A stretch of 57,603 nt of DNA from Myxococcales bacterium (GTDB lineage: Bacteria; Myxococcota_A; Polyangia; Polyangiales; SLQV01): the NCBI GenBank assembly GCA_007131285.1, contig SLQV01000077.1:1-57603 (forward strand). The letters run 5' to 3'. This document shows positions 20,300-30,428 of the stretch, piece after piece. A model generated the notes under the pieces. That model made no database searches. It worked only from the letters and a program-made list of their open reading frames with translations, and was not told the origin of the DNA. The translations under genes and the position numbers were made by a program. Positions within the stretch are counted from its first letter, which is position 1, and every line of letters begins with the position of its first letter.

Positions 20300-22108
20300 A
20301 TGGCGGAAAATCTCGCGACAACGCTGGTGACCGCCCTCCTCGACTTACCCGAGCGGGAGGGGCGAGGCTTTACGTGCGTGAGGCGAGATGGCAGCGAGAA
20401 GTCTCTTTCCTGGCGTGAACTGAAGGCCGCCGCGCGCGCCACCGGAAAAATACTCAAGACGTCACTTGGCGTGGTGCCAGGTGACCGAGTGGTGGTGGTT
20501 CTACCCGAGCCTGATGACTTCGTAGTCGCGTTTTTTGGCTGCGTCCTCGCGGGCGCGGTCCCCGTGCCGCTCGCCAACAAAGCGCCTTTTCGCGCAGCGG
20601 CGGCCTACCGCGATCATCTCGCACATATCTTGCGAGCATCCGGGGCTAAGCTGATCCTTACGGACCGTCAGTGCGCCGAGGCCGCGGAGCTATCGCTTCT
20701 TGACGCGGAACTCGGGCGCGACACGTCTGAGCCGACTTCCCGGTCACCCATGAGCACCGCAGCAACGGCACGCGTGACCGTTGCTGATGTAGACACGCTC
20801 GGCGCACAGTTGGGCCAGATATCCGCTGCGGGCGACTTCGACCAGCCTGCGCTGCCTAGCCCAGACGACCTGTGCTTCCTTCAGTTTACGTCCGGCAGCA
20901 CGTCTGAGCCGAAGGGCGTGAGGGTGTTGCATCGCAATCTCGTCGCGAACGCGCGGGCTTTTTTGGGCCCCGCTGGCCTCGACCGCACCGATGCAGACCT
21001 GGGCTTGAGCTGGCTGCCGCTCTACCACGACATGGGACTGATTGGCTTTGTCCTGGGCCCTGTCATCTGTGATATCTCGGTTGTCTTGATTGCGACCGAA
21101 CGTTTTGCAAAGCTCCCGCGATCCTGGCTGGAGGAGATCAGTGCTCGCGGCGCTACGATCACATTTGCGCCCAACTTTGCGTACCGACTGGTCACGCGGC
21201 GCGTGCGCGAACGAGATCTAGAGCGACTTAACCTCCGCAGCTTGCGCATCGCAGGCTGCGGTGCCGAACCGATTCAGGCTGAAACGCTTGTAAGTTTCGC
21301 TGAACGCTTTGCTCCGTGTGGCTTCAACCCGATAGCATTCGCCCCCTGCTACGGCATGGCCGAAAGCACTCTGGCAATATCGTTCACTCGGCCAAACGAT
21401 CCATTGGCGTTCGAATGGGTTGACACCAAGCAGCTGGCCCAAGGTCAAGCCGTTGTGTCGCAGTCTGCGCAAAGACCCGAAGCAACAACTCCAGGCACCC
21501 ATGTGCAGCCAGTCCAGTCGCAGATCGTCGATTGCGGTCAGCCGTTCCCGGGGCATGAGGTGCATGTCGTGCGAGAGGACGGTGCAGTGGCCGATGAGCG
21601 AGAGGTTGGCGAAGTCTGGGTGCGCGGCCCAAGCGTAGCGGACGGCTACGAGGGGCTCAGTAGCCCGGACACATTCGATCCAGACGGCTGGCTACACACC
21701 GGTGACCTTGGCTATTTCGCTGAGAATCATCTTTTTATCTGTGGACGCCTGAAGGACATGATTATCGTCAATGGATCCAATCATTTCCCTCAAGATATCG
21801 AATGGTTGGTGGCGGGCGTAGAGGGCGTACGGGAAGGCGGCGTCGTGGCCTTCGGGTTGCCGGGAACCCAGGGCGATGAAATCGTTGTGGTTGCCGAAAC
21901 ACGCGCCAGCGACGCCGGGCGCGTGCGCGACGAAGCCGCACGACGTGTGGCTGCGGAGATGGGCGTTCAGCCCTCCGTGGTAGCGGCCGTGCCTCCCGGC
22001 ACAATACCCAAGACATCTAGCGGAAAAATACAACGCAGGCGGACCCGCCAGCTCTATCAAAACGGTGCGCTCTCCGAGCATGGTACCGCGACCGAAACGC
22101 CGAGCTAG
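20300..22108 (+). CDS. fatty acyl-AMP ligase (FAAL)
   Basis: FLQFTSGSTSEPKGV, SWLPLYHDMGLIG, APNFAY, CYGMAESTL, TGDLG, GRLKDMII, PKTSSGK. Confidence 0.92.
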   Translation: MAENLATTLVTALLDLPEREGRGFTCVRRDGSEKSLSWRELKAAARATGKILKTSLGVVPGDRVVVVLPEPDDFVVAFFGCVLAGAVPVPLANKAPFRAAAAYRDHLAHILRASGAKLILTDRQCAEAAELSLLDAELGRDTSEPTSRSPMSTAATARVTVADVDTLGAQLGQISAAGDFDQPALPSPDDLCFLQFTSGSTSEPKGVRVLHRNLVANARAFLGPAGLDRTDADLGLSWLPLYHDMGLIGFVLGPVICDISVVLIATERFAKLPRSWLEEISARGATITFAPNFAYRLVTRRVRERDLERLNLRSLRIAGCGAEPIQAETLVSFAERFAPCGFNPIAFAPCYGMAESTLAISFTRPNDPLAFEWVDTKQLAQGQAVVSQSAQRPEATTPGTHVQPVQSQIVDCGQPFPGHEVHVVREDGAVADEREVGEVWVRGPSVADGYEGLSSPDTFDPDGWLHTGDLGYFAENHLFICGRLKDMIIVNGSNHFPQDIEWLVAGVEGVREGGVVAFGLPGTQGDEIVVVAETRASDAGRVRDEAARRVAAEMGVQPSVVAAVPPGTIPKTSSGKIQRRRTRQLYQNGALSEHGTATETPS

Positions 22109-22599
22109 CCGGCCGCGCACCCTCCCTGCGCGCTCACTTTTAGGAGTTATACGCACCGGCCTTCCTCAGATAGCTGAGGGTGAATCCGAATCATACTTCG
22201 GCGCCAAAGCCGCCCGATGCCAGCGTGAGAAGCGCTCACGGGTCTCGGCCTAAAGCGAGTCTACCTGCCTCTTGGGGCTCCCCGACCCGTGTATCAAAAC
22301 CCGTCTGACCAGAGGCGCGTTTGACCTGGGTCTGGGCTTAGCGTCAGGCTGGGCTATAGTCGGCGCGCTCGCAGAGGTAAGCCCGGACCATAGACGAAAC
22401 CTCCGCGCTAGGAGGCCTTCCCTTAGGGAACGCGCGAAAGCGCGGTCTGTGGCTTCGACGGGAACGACGTGCCTGGTTTTTACACCAGCCACAGGATACC
22501 CCCTTATCGAGCAACCTAGTAAACGGCCTCGACGAACGACCGCCGTACCCCGACAGAACGCAAACGCCCGAGCGCTGATCCGGGCGCCGCAGGAGGCCG

Positions 22600-22854
22600 A
22601 TGGACACCGACGAACTTTTGATACTCTTCCGAGAACTCGCCAGCGAGATCGCCGAAAAGGACTGCTCGAGCATTCCGGCCGACGCGCAGGTAACGCAGCT
22701 GGGGATCGACTCCCTCGGTTTGATGGAACTTGTGGGTACGCTTGAGCGTGAGCTTGCGATCCGGCTTCCGGAGGCGGAGCTTGCGGAAGTTCGCACCGTC
22801 AACGACCTTTTGCGCGTCGCGGCACAGCAACTTAAGGAGCGCCGCACGGGCTAA
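22600..22854 (+). CDS. acyl carrier protein
   Basis: Acidic 84 aa, LGIDSL phosphopantetheine site, AGGAGG RBS. Confidence 0.9.
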   Translation: MDTDELLILFRELASEIAEKDCSSIPADAQVTQLGIDSLGLMELVGTLERELAIRLPEAELAEVRTVNDLLRVAAQQLKERRTG

Positions 22855-23209
22855 ACGCCAGAGGCTTCGAGCGCTACCCGAAAAACCGTTAAGCATTTGA
22901 CATAAAACGTCTTTCCTGCGATTTACAGGCAAGCTGACTCCGAGCGGAGGCCGACGTAAATGGGCGCGAGACTGGCGCCCTCGAGTCTATACCCGTACCC
23001 TTAGAGCCGGCGAGACCGAAGCCGACAGGCCGATGACGGGTCGACTTGCAACGGTGTGGCCGCCAGCGGCGTAGAACCTGCAAGGGAGTCCTTGAGGCCC
23101 GGTGGCGAAGGAGCAGGTCGTCACCGAGCGAACGTAGCCGCAGGCTCTTGCCAGCGGGGTGACTTTTAGATTGAAGGCCGTGGTCAAGCCGAAGTGACGA
23201 GGATACAGA

Positions 23210-23446
23210 ATGGATATCAACGAGCTTCGCGAAGAAATCCGTCAGATTATCGCTGAGGTAAGCGAGGTGGACATCATTCCCGACGCCACCTCGTTCGGCG
23301 AGCTTGGAATCGACAGCATGATGGCGATTGAGATCGTTGCCGAGGTGGAGCGCAAGTACAAGCTTTCTATCCCCGAAGACGAGCTTCAAGAGCTCACGGA
23401 TCTGGACCGCGTCGTCGAAAAGGTAACCTCGCGCATCGCAGCCTAG
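23210..23446 (+). CDS. acyl carrier protein
   Basis: Acidic 78 aa, LGIDSM site, GAGGA RBS. Confidence 0.92.
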   Translation: MDINELREEIRQIIAEVSEVDIIPDATSFGELGIDSMMAIEIVAEVERKYKLSIPEDELQELTDLDRVVEKVTSRIAA

Positions 23447-23503
23447 ACTCGGGCCTGCCGTGTGCTTGGTGGGTCGAGCGCATGTGGTTGAGGCGCCGCA
23501 GGC

Positions 23504-24217
23504 TTAGCGTTCGATACGCACCGCTTCGACGCGGCGCAGCTCGACCGCTTGTTCACGCGTTAAGGCCACGTAAACAGGCAAACCCGTATCTTCTACGGCT
23601 AAACGGAGGAAGCGCCGCTCGTGACGACAGGCAGCAAGATACCGGTTGAGGGTTGCGATAAGCTGGATGAGAGACACCTCATAATCTTCGGGCTGTTTAG
23701 CTGAATCGGACGTTCGGGGAACGGTCGCATGCCAGCTATCGGCCAACAAAACGACCTGCCCCCCTGGTTCGATCCAAGCGACATCTAGCCCAGCCAGAGG
23801 CATTGCAAATCCCCTGAGGTGATTGATGCACTGCGCTAGAGTTCCGCAGGCCGCTTCTTTCTCGATAACCAGCGCCCGGTCCGCTAGTTGGCGCGTCAAC
23901 GCCACGCTTGCACCAGGGTCATCCTCGGCCAGGTAATAGGTGCGCAGCAGATCGTCCTGCGTGTCCTCCGCGCCGGGATTTGCAAGGGCCGCGCACAGCG
24001 CGTCAAACCGTTCGTCAGGCAGCGCCGCCAGGAGTCCCGCGGCGCGCAGCGCGCGCGCGTACACCACGCGCCGACTTAACCTTTCCGAGAAGCCATCGGC
24101 CGGGTAATCGTCCACCGAATGCCGCGCGGCCTCCAACTGATCATGCGACGAGAGCACGGCCGATGCCGGTGGATCGGGTGGCTGGGAAGCCTCGGACGGT
24201 GGCGACGGAAAAGACAC
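23504..24217 (-). CDS. hypothetical protein
   Basis: Protein-like composition, fills the gap between ACP2 and hflX; GTG 24217 chosen as start. Confidence 0.55.
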   Translation of the reverse strand: MSFPSPPSEASQPPDPPASAVLSSHDQLEAARHSVDDYPADGFSERLSRRVVYARALRAAGLLAALPDERFDALCAALANPGAEDTQDDLLRTYYLAEDDPGASVALTRQLADRALVIEKEAACGTLAQCINHLRGFAMPLAGLDVAWIEPGGQVVLLADSWHATVPRTSDSAKQPEDYEVSLIQLIATLNRYLAACRHERRFLRLAVEDTGLPVYVALTREQAVELRRVEAVRIER

Positions 24218-24349
24218 GGCGTTGCCTACAGGATGCCTGACCTTGTGACGTCGACGCAACGAGGGAGTTCAACCGCAGCGCTGAGCCTCCGTCCCGTCGC
24301 CGACGCAGCCTTGCTTTGCCGCAGACAAGGCACCATCCTGCGGGATCAC

Positions 24350-26080
24350 GTGACGTTACATGGTCATCTTCAGGGACTGGCTCCTTCCGAAACGAAGCTC
24401 CTTGAGCGGCTCTATCGGCGGAAGGTGCCCACCCAATCGCTTTTCCCGACGGAGCTTGCGCGACCGCTCTGCGATATTTCTCACCAAATACGGCGTCAGG
24501 TCGGACTCTTGGTAGACCGTAGCGGAACGGTTACCCACGTCATCGTCGGTGACAGCACCAAACTTTTCATCCCGGATCTCGGCCGCGTCCGCGCGGGTGC
24601 CAGCCGCTTTCGCGGCCTTCGTCTGCTCCACACCCATCTCCATCAAGAGCCGATCAGCCGAGACGATCTTGTCGACCTGACCCGGCTTCGCCTTGACTTA
24701 GTAGCGGCGCTGCTTGTCGCAACCGATGGATTGCCCTTTCGCGTCTACTACGCGCACAACGTCCCCAATCGCGAGGGCCTTCCGTACGTTACTGTCGGCC
24801 CGATACCCTTCAGCCACCTCGACCTCGATGTTGGCCTTCTGATTCGGGAGCTCGAGACGGACTTTGCGCGTGAGGCAAAGCGCTATCCCCGCAGGACGCC
24901 GGAGGGCCGGGCGATTCTCGTCCACGTGTCGAATAAGCGCGATGCACATGAGACCGAGGCGTCTCTCATCGAACTTAAGGAACTGGCGCGGACAGCCGGC
25001 CTGGAAGTCGTGGACACTATCACACAGGTGCGACCACAGGTTGACCCTCGTTATGTGGTCGGCCGAGGCAAGCTAGATGACATTACCCTGCGCGCAATGC
25101 AGCTCGACGCTGATGTCCTGGTCATTGATCGTGAAGTCAGCGCGGCCCAGAGCACTGCTCTCGCCGAGGTTTCCGAACTCAAAATAATTGACCGTACCCA
25201 GCTCATTCTCGACATCTTTGCCATGCGCGCCGAGAGTCGCGTCGGCAAGGTCCAGGTCGAGCTCGCCCAGATGAAGTACCTGCTTCCGCGCCTCGGAACG
25301 CGGGATGACGCGCTTTCGCGACTGACCGGCGGCATTGGCGGGCGCGGCCCAGGCGAAACCAAGCTAGAGATAGGGCGGCGGAGGGCGCGCGAACGGGTAC
25401 ATCGGCTCGAAGCCGAGCTGAAAACTCTCGCCAAGACGCGACGACAAATGCGGGGGCGGCGCCGGCGACGCGAGGTGCCCCACATTGCCATCGTGGGCTA
25501 CACAAACGCGGGCAAGAGCACGTTGCTCAATACGCTTACGCAGGCAGATGTGTTGGCAGAAGACAAACTCTTTGCAACGCTGGACCCACGTTCGAAACGC
25601 CTCAGACTACCAAGAGAGCGCGAGGTCGTTATTTCAGATACCGTGGGCTTCATTCGACACTTGCCGAAAGACTTATTCGGGGCTTTTCGGTCCACCTTTG
25701 AAGCTGCTCAGGAAGCTACTTTATTGCTGGAGGTGATCGACGCCTCTGATCCGGAGCTTGAGACCTACGTCACGACCACCGCCAAGTTATTGACCGAGCT
25801 TGAACTCGACCACGTTGAAAAACTGACCGTCTACAACAAAGCGGACAAACTGAGCGAGGCTCAGCGCGAAGGACTGCGCACGCGGGGACTGGTTGTCTCA
25901 GCGCCCGACCCGGCGACCCTGAGACCCCTGCTCGAAGCCATGGAAGCCTGCCTAGACATCGCGTTGACCGCCAGCGATGCCTCTGCGAACAGCACTGCTA
26001 TCGCGGAGGAGGATGCCATTGACCGCGAGCCGCCAGACTACGGCACGCGAGACAACGCAGCCGCAGATGGCTTAGGGTAA
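24350..26080 (+). CDS. hflX: ribosome-splitting GTPase HflX (long form)
   Basis: [37 protein letters not shown]; N-terminal HTH..S..D domain. GTG 24350 chosen as start. Confidence 0.95.
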   Translation: MTLHGHLQGLAPSETKLLERLYRRKVPTQSLFPTELARPLCDISHQIRRQVGLLVDRSGTVTHVIVGDSTKLFIPDLGRVRAGASRFRGLRLLHTHLHQEPISRDDLVDLTRLRLDLVAALLVATDGLPFRVYYAHNVPNREGLPYVTVGPIPFSHLDLDVGLLIRELETDFAREAKRYPRRTPEGRAILVHVSNKRDAHETEASLIELKELARTAGLEVVDTITQVRPQVDPRYVVGRGKLDDITLRAMQLDADVLVIDREVSAAQSTALAEVSELKIIDRTQLILDIFAMRAESRVGKVQVELAQMKYLLPRLGTRDDALSRLTGGIGGRGPGETKLEIGRRRARERVHRLEAELKTLAKTRRQMRGRRRRREVPHIAIVGYTNAGKSTLLNTLTQADVLAEDKLFATLDPRSKRLRLPREREVVISDTVGFIRHLPKDLFGAFRSTFEAAQEATLLLEVIDASDPELETYVTTTAKLLTELELDHVEKLTVYNKADKLSEAQREGLRTRGLVVSAPDPATLRPLLEAMEACLDIALTASDASANSTAIAEEDAIDREPPDYGTRDNAAADGLG

Positions 26081-26381
26081 AGCGGACATGGGATAAACAG
26101 GCGCGGTTCTTGGGCATGGACCGCTGACTGGGCCCGCGGAATTTGCGGGGTGCGCGGGGATCATGGCACGCCGGCGCGCGGCGCTAGATCGCCCCCCCCC
26201 GCAACCCTCCGCCCGACGGGCTCCTGCCTGAATGAAAGCAATATATTCGCAAGAATCTAACATAGTACTGTCGAGGAACGACCTTAAGCCAAAGCCGAGT
26301 ACCCCCGATTCCCCGATCCCGCGCGGTCGATTTACACGCCCAGGGTTGTCATCTGCGATCCCTGCCTTGGTTCACCCGGCG

Positions 26382-27143
26382 CTAGCGCTGTCGAGGTTTG
26401 ATAGCGATAGATCCGGTTTCGTCTACCACTGCAAGTACGTAGTTCCCGGCACCGTATTTAGCGTCTAGGCGCGCTAGCCGGGGGGCGAGCCGTGCGCGCA
26501 TACCCTCCGGCGTCAGTCGAACGGGCGCAAGCCCTGCAGCCTTTCGCGCCGCTTGAACTTGTCGATATACATCGATAACAGGATCGGGAGGCGAGGCCGG
26601 GTACGAAGGCTCGATGACATCAATATCGAGCTCAATCCCTTGCTCCGTGTCGCGTGCTCTCTCCCCCGGCTCGCTCCGGGAGTCCGCACCTGCCCTGCGT
26701 CCCGCGGTGCCTCCGGTCGGGGCGAGGCGCTTTCGCGCGCGCTTGACGTCGCGCTCGAAGGTGCCGTCTTCAATTTGGCGGCTGATGCGGCTCCACTTGG
26801 AAAATAGCGTCTGATAGCGGCGCGCGAGCTGCCGGATGCGAAAATTGACCGCCGTGTTGGTGACGCGACGATCAAGCAAGTGCTGCAAGAGTCGCTCGAA
26901 CTGCTGGCGTGGCACCGCGGGCTCCAGCCGCTCCACGCCTTGAAAGTACATGTCGTAACGCGCCGTCAATGCCTTGAGCTGTAGCTCGCCGCGCTTGAGT
27001 AACGCCTCCGCCGTCTCGGGAGCATTCTCCACAACTCTTAAAGTTAACCGATTTTTCGCAAGCGAACCAAGCGCTGAGACGCTCGACTCGCGCTGCTTGC
27101 CTAAGTCTTCGGCAAGCATACTGCGTGCTTGGACAAGGCCCAT
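26382..27143 (-). CDS. MXAN_5187 C-terminal-domain-like myxobacterial protein
   Basis: RYDMYFQGVERLEP...NTAVNFR...W.RI.RQIEDGT.ERD pattern, recalled from the family; start uncertain. Confidence 0.65.
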   Translation of the reverse strand: MGLVQARSMLAEDLGKQRESSVSALGSLAKNRLTLRVVENAPETAEALLKRGELQLKALTARYDMYFQGVERLEPAVPRQQFERLLQHLLDRRVTNTAVNFRIRQLARRYQTLFSKWSRISRQIEDGTFERDVKRARKRLAPTGGTAGRRAGADSRSEPGERARDTEQGIELDIDVIEPSYPASPPDPVIDVYRQVQAARKAAGLAPVRLTPEGMRARLAPRLARLDAKYGAGNYVLAVVDETGSIAIKPRQR

Positions 27144-27172
27144 GCGTCAGGAACGATTCAAGAGTTCGTACT

Positions 27173-28699
27173 TTATCGAACCTTGGAAGGCGCGCCTACG
27201 GCCGCATCCTTGCTCTCAAGAACCGCGTTGGTCTTCGGGCCGTCTGGGTCTAACGTGTCCTCCGGCGGGGGCGCGGGCTCACCGGCACGCGCGCCTAGTG
27301 CCGGACTCTCGTGGAGAACCGGGGTTCCGTCTTCTGAGATATCCGTCTCCGTGTCGTCACCGAGTTCTTCGGATGGCGCGTCATCCACCGCATTCGTGCC
27401 GGACACACCTTCAGCGGCCGGAGCCGGTGCCAACGCATCCGGCGCGGCATTCAGGTCGGACGCCGGTTCATCGTCGTCGCTAAAGAAATCATCGTCGAAC
27501 ACGGAACCTTCATCGACATCAGGACAGCCGTCGTCATCCTCGACGCCATCGAAGTCTTCCGGGAGCATCGGGCAACGGTCCAAATGATCGGGAATGCCGT
27601 CTCCATCCTGATCACGCGTCTTCGGCTGGTAGGTCACCTGCATCAGCCCTTGAAGCGCCGGCACTCCCGGTGCGACGGAAAGCCCCGTACCGAAGCCCGC
27701 GCCAAATAGCCAGTCTCCTTTTTCCGCGCGCAGCGCAAAAAACACCTCAAGCGGTGTTCTGTCTGACCTTGCAAAGGGCGCGCCCGCGTCCACGGACCCC
27801 CGAAGCTCGGCGATGGCGCGCAACCAAGACACCTCCATACCGCGGTGCGCCAGCGCTAGGACGTAACGCAGCTCATCACGAAAGCGCAGACCCGCAAAGG
27901 TAGTTGGTTCGTAGCGGTGCAGCCAGCTCAGCTCAAGCGCCGCCTCCAGAACCAACAAGTTGTACTCCTGAACCAGCCCAAGCTCGCTCTGCACCGAACC
28001 CGCCGACGCGAAGTCCGCATCGAAGCCTGTCGGCAGCCACAGTCGTGAACTTAACGCCAGTGCGTATCCTGCTGCCTTGGTATCGGGCGAAGTCGCCGCC
28101 TGAGCCTGATAAAGCAGCGTGGTTACCCCCAACTGCGTATCGCCCAACGCAAATGCGCGTGGGTCGCGCATACCTGACGTTCCCGGCGCCGCAAACGGCT
28201 CCAGTGCGGCGAAACCCGCGCCCGTACTCTGCCCAAGCACCCCCGTCACCCGAAGACTCACGCTGGTACGGGCCCCTAAACCGAAAGCACCCCCCATCGT
28301 CGTTGTATGGCGCCAATCGAGCAGATTGCGGCGTACACCGTCCACTGCGACGCGAATGGGCGCCTTGGCCCAGGCATCGGTGAGTTCAAGCCGATAGTTT
28401 CCGTGGCCAAGCGGTCGGCTACCGGGAGTTGTCAAGTAGCCGAAGCGGCCGCCCTGCCAGTCGACAGGGCCGGGGTTCAGGCGCGTTGTCACGACCAAAG
28501 GCGCACCGGCGCCTTGCGCCTGTGCCGCATGCAGCGGCACCCCGGCCCCCAGCAACGAAAGCGTCAAATGCCACGCGGCAAGTGCGTATGGACGCCGGGT
28601 GCGGCGCATACGACCACGACTAACGCGGTAGAATGGTGCCAATCGAGGCCTGGGCGCGCCGCCCGATGCCGGCCAGCCATGTGCGTTTTCGTGAACCAC
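27173..28699 (-). CDS. outer membrane beta-barrel protein with TSP3 repeat and acidic tail
   Basis: Signal-like segment, amphipathic beta strands, DQDGDGIPD..D.CP..PED.DG.ED.DGCPD, no OmpA_C motifs. Start possibly at the MRRTRR Met. Confidence 0.7.
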   Translation of the reverse strand: MVHENAHGWPASGGAPRPRLAPFYRVSRGRMRRTRRPYALAAWHLTLSLLGAGVPLHAAQAQGAGAPLVVTTRLNPGPVDWQGGRFGYLTTPGSRPLGHGNYRLELTDAWAKAPIRVAVDGVRRNLLDWRHTTTMGGAFGLGARTSVSLRVTGVLGQSTGAGFAALEPFAAPGTSGMRDPRAFALGDTQLGVTTLLYQAQAATSPDTKAAGYALALSSRLWLPTGFDADFASAGSVQSELGLVQEYNLLVLEAALELSWLHRYEPTTFAGLRFRDELRYVLALAHRGMEVSWLRAIAELRGSVDAGAPFARSDRTPLEVFFALRAEKGDWLFGAGFGTGLSVAPGVPALQGLMQVTYQPKTRDQDGDGIPDHLDRCPMLPEDFDGVEDDDGCPDVDEGSVFDDDFFSDDDEPASDLNAAPDALAPAPAAEGVSGTNAVDDAPSEELGDDTETDISEDGTPVLHESPALGARAGEPAPPPEDTLDPDGPKTNAVLESKDAAVGAPSKVR

Positions 28700-28880
28700 C
28701 TGGCGCGGACCTTAGCGCAAAGTCAGGGGCTGGGATACCGACGGCACACACACGGGCGTGCACCAGCCACCAGCGCTTCGCCCGCGGACACTCGAGCGAA
28801 GGGTGACGAGGAAACGTCGACTTCTTAACCCACGTCACGACGCCGACTCGGCTGCCGAACCAGACATTGGCAACGGCGCA

Positions 28881-30413
28881 TCAGCGCTTCAACAGCTCAA
28901 GCGCAACATCGTGGTCACTAAAAGGCAGCTCGGCTGAGCCGATGAGTTGAATGGTTTCGTGACCCTTTCCCGCAATGAGAATGGCGTCTTGAGCGTGCGC
29001 GTTCCCGATAGCCCAAGCGATGGCCGCGGCGCGGTCAGGCTCGCGGCGCACAGACTTGGGCCTTTCGGGAGCTTTGGCAATACCGGCGAAAATCTCAGAT
29101 ATAATGACGTCCGGATGCTCGCTACGGGGATTATCACTGGTGAGCACGACCTCATCTGCCAGCTCCGCGGCAATGGCACCCATCTGCGGCCGCTTACCGC
29201 GATCACGATCACCACCGCATCCGAAAACCAGCCACACGCGCCCGCGCGTGCTTTCGCGTACGGCCTGGAGAGCCGCCGCAAGCGCGTCTGGCGTGTGTGC
29301 ATAGTCCACAAATACAGCAGGCCCGCTCGCGACGTCCGCCGCTATATCTGCGCCGACACGCTGAAGCCGACCAGGCGGCAAAACTGGCCCCTGAGCGCGA
29401 GAACAAGCGCTGATGACCGCACTGGCGAGTTCGGACCATGGCGTGCCAAGTGTCAGGTGAGCGCCGATTGCGACGCCCCAGTTGGCCAGATTGTGGCGAC
29501 CCAAAGGCGCGGCCTCAACGGTCAGGGTGTTGCCGAACGCGCTTAAGTTGGCCCGGGCGCTACCGGGCACTCTGCCGAACGTAAGCGTAGCCTGCAAGGC
29601 GGGGTCGGTGCTCACGGTTAGCGCGTCTGGATGCTTCTTTGCGAGAAGCCGGCCATGTTCCGTGTCGATACAAATCACGCGGGCGGTGGGCGCAAGCTCG
29701 GAAAAAAGCCGCGCTTTCGCCGCGAAGTAGGCATCAACGGTCTTGTGATAGTCGAGATGGTCGCGGCCAAGCCCCGTGAAGCCGGCTACCGCAAAACGCA
29801 GCCCGTCTACCCGGTGTTGGCCAAGGCCGTGACTCGAAACTTCCATCGCAAGGTGCTGCGCACCGGCTGCCACGGCTCCCGCCGCAAAGCGGCTTATTGC
29901 GGGCGCCTCCGGGGTCGTGAAGGGCGATGCCTGCGGGGCGCAACCCGGCACGTGATGGGCAATCGTAGACCACGTCGCACAAGCATGTCCGAGCGCTCGC
30001 GCGAGCACCGCATAAGCCCACACCGTAGTCGTTTTACCGTTCGTGCCCGTCACGCCGAAAAGCGTGAGGGCTTGGCTAGGCGCACCGTAGACCGTTTCGG
30101 CCAGAGGGCCAATGGCGCGCCGTGGCGCACTCAGTTCAAGCCAGGGCATACCCGCTGCACACGCCGGCAACGGAGGCGCGCATGCCACGGCGACCGCACC
30201 GCGAGCAATCGCCTCGACCACGAAGTCACGACCGTCGCGCGTGCCCGGCAACGCGACGAAAAGCATGCCCGGTAGCACTGCCCGAGAATCACTTTCCACC
30301 CCAGAGACGCGAACATCGCGAAGCGAATGATGCGCCACGACCCCGGGCAGGGACAGGAGACTTCCAAGCGACACCCCTTGCCCTACGCCCTCAGTGCTTT
30401 GCTGCTCGCCCAT
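28881..30413 (-). CDS. murE: UDP-MurNAc-L-Ala-D-Glu--meso-DAP ligase
   Basis: GVTGTNGKTT, TTPE, MEVSSH, DHLDYH, DYAHTPDA, GCGGDRD, DNPR (meso-DAP type), AGKGHE. Confidence 0.96.
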   Translation of the reverse strand: MGEQQSTEGVGQGVSLGSLLSLPGVVAHHSLRDVRVSGVESDSRAVLPGMLFVALPGTRDGRDFVVEAIARGAVAVACAPPLPACAAGMPWLELSAPRRAIGPLAETVYGAPSQALTLFGVTGTNGKTTTVWAYAVLARALGHACATWSTIAHHVPGCAPQASPFTTPEAPAISRFAAGAVAAGAQHLAMEVSSHGLGQHRVDGLRFAVAGFTGLGRDHLDYHKTVDAYFAAKARLFSELAPTARVICIDTEHGRLLAKKHPDALTVSTDPALQATLTFGRVPGSARANLSAFGNTLTVEAAPLGRHNLANWGVAIGAHLTLGTPWSELASAVISACSRAQGPVLPPGRLQRVGADIAADVASGPAVFVDYAHTPDALAAALQAVRESTRGRVWLVFGCGGDRDRGKRPQMGAIAAELADEVVLTSDNPRSEHPDVIISEIFAGIAKAPERPKSVRREPDRAAAIAWAIGNAHAQDAILIAGKGHETIQLIGSAELPFSDHDVALELLKR

Positions 30414-30428
30414 AGGCCCTCATCTACT

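Noticed and set aside
24119-24349. N-terminal extension of HflX overlapping the divergent hypothetical gene
   Set aside because: Family similarity starts near GTG 24350; the overlap is an ORF-calling artefact
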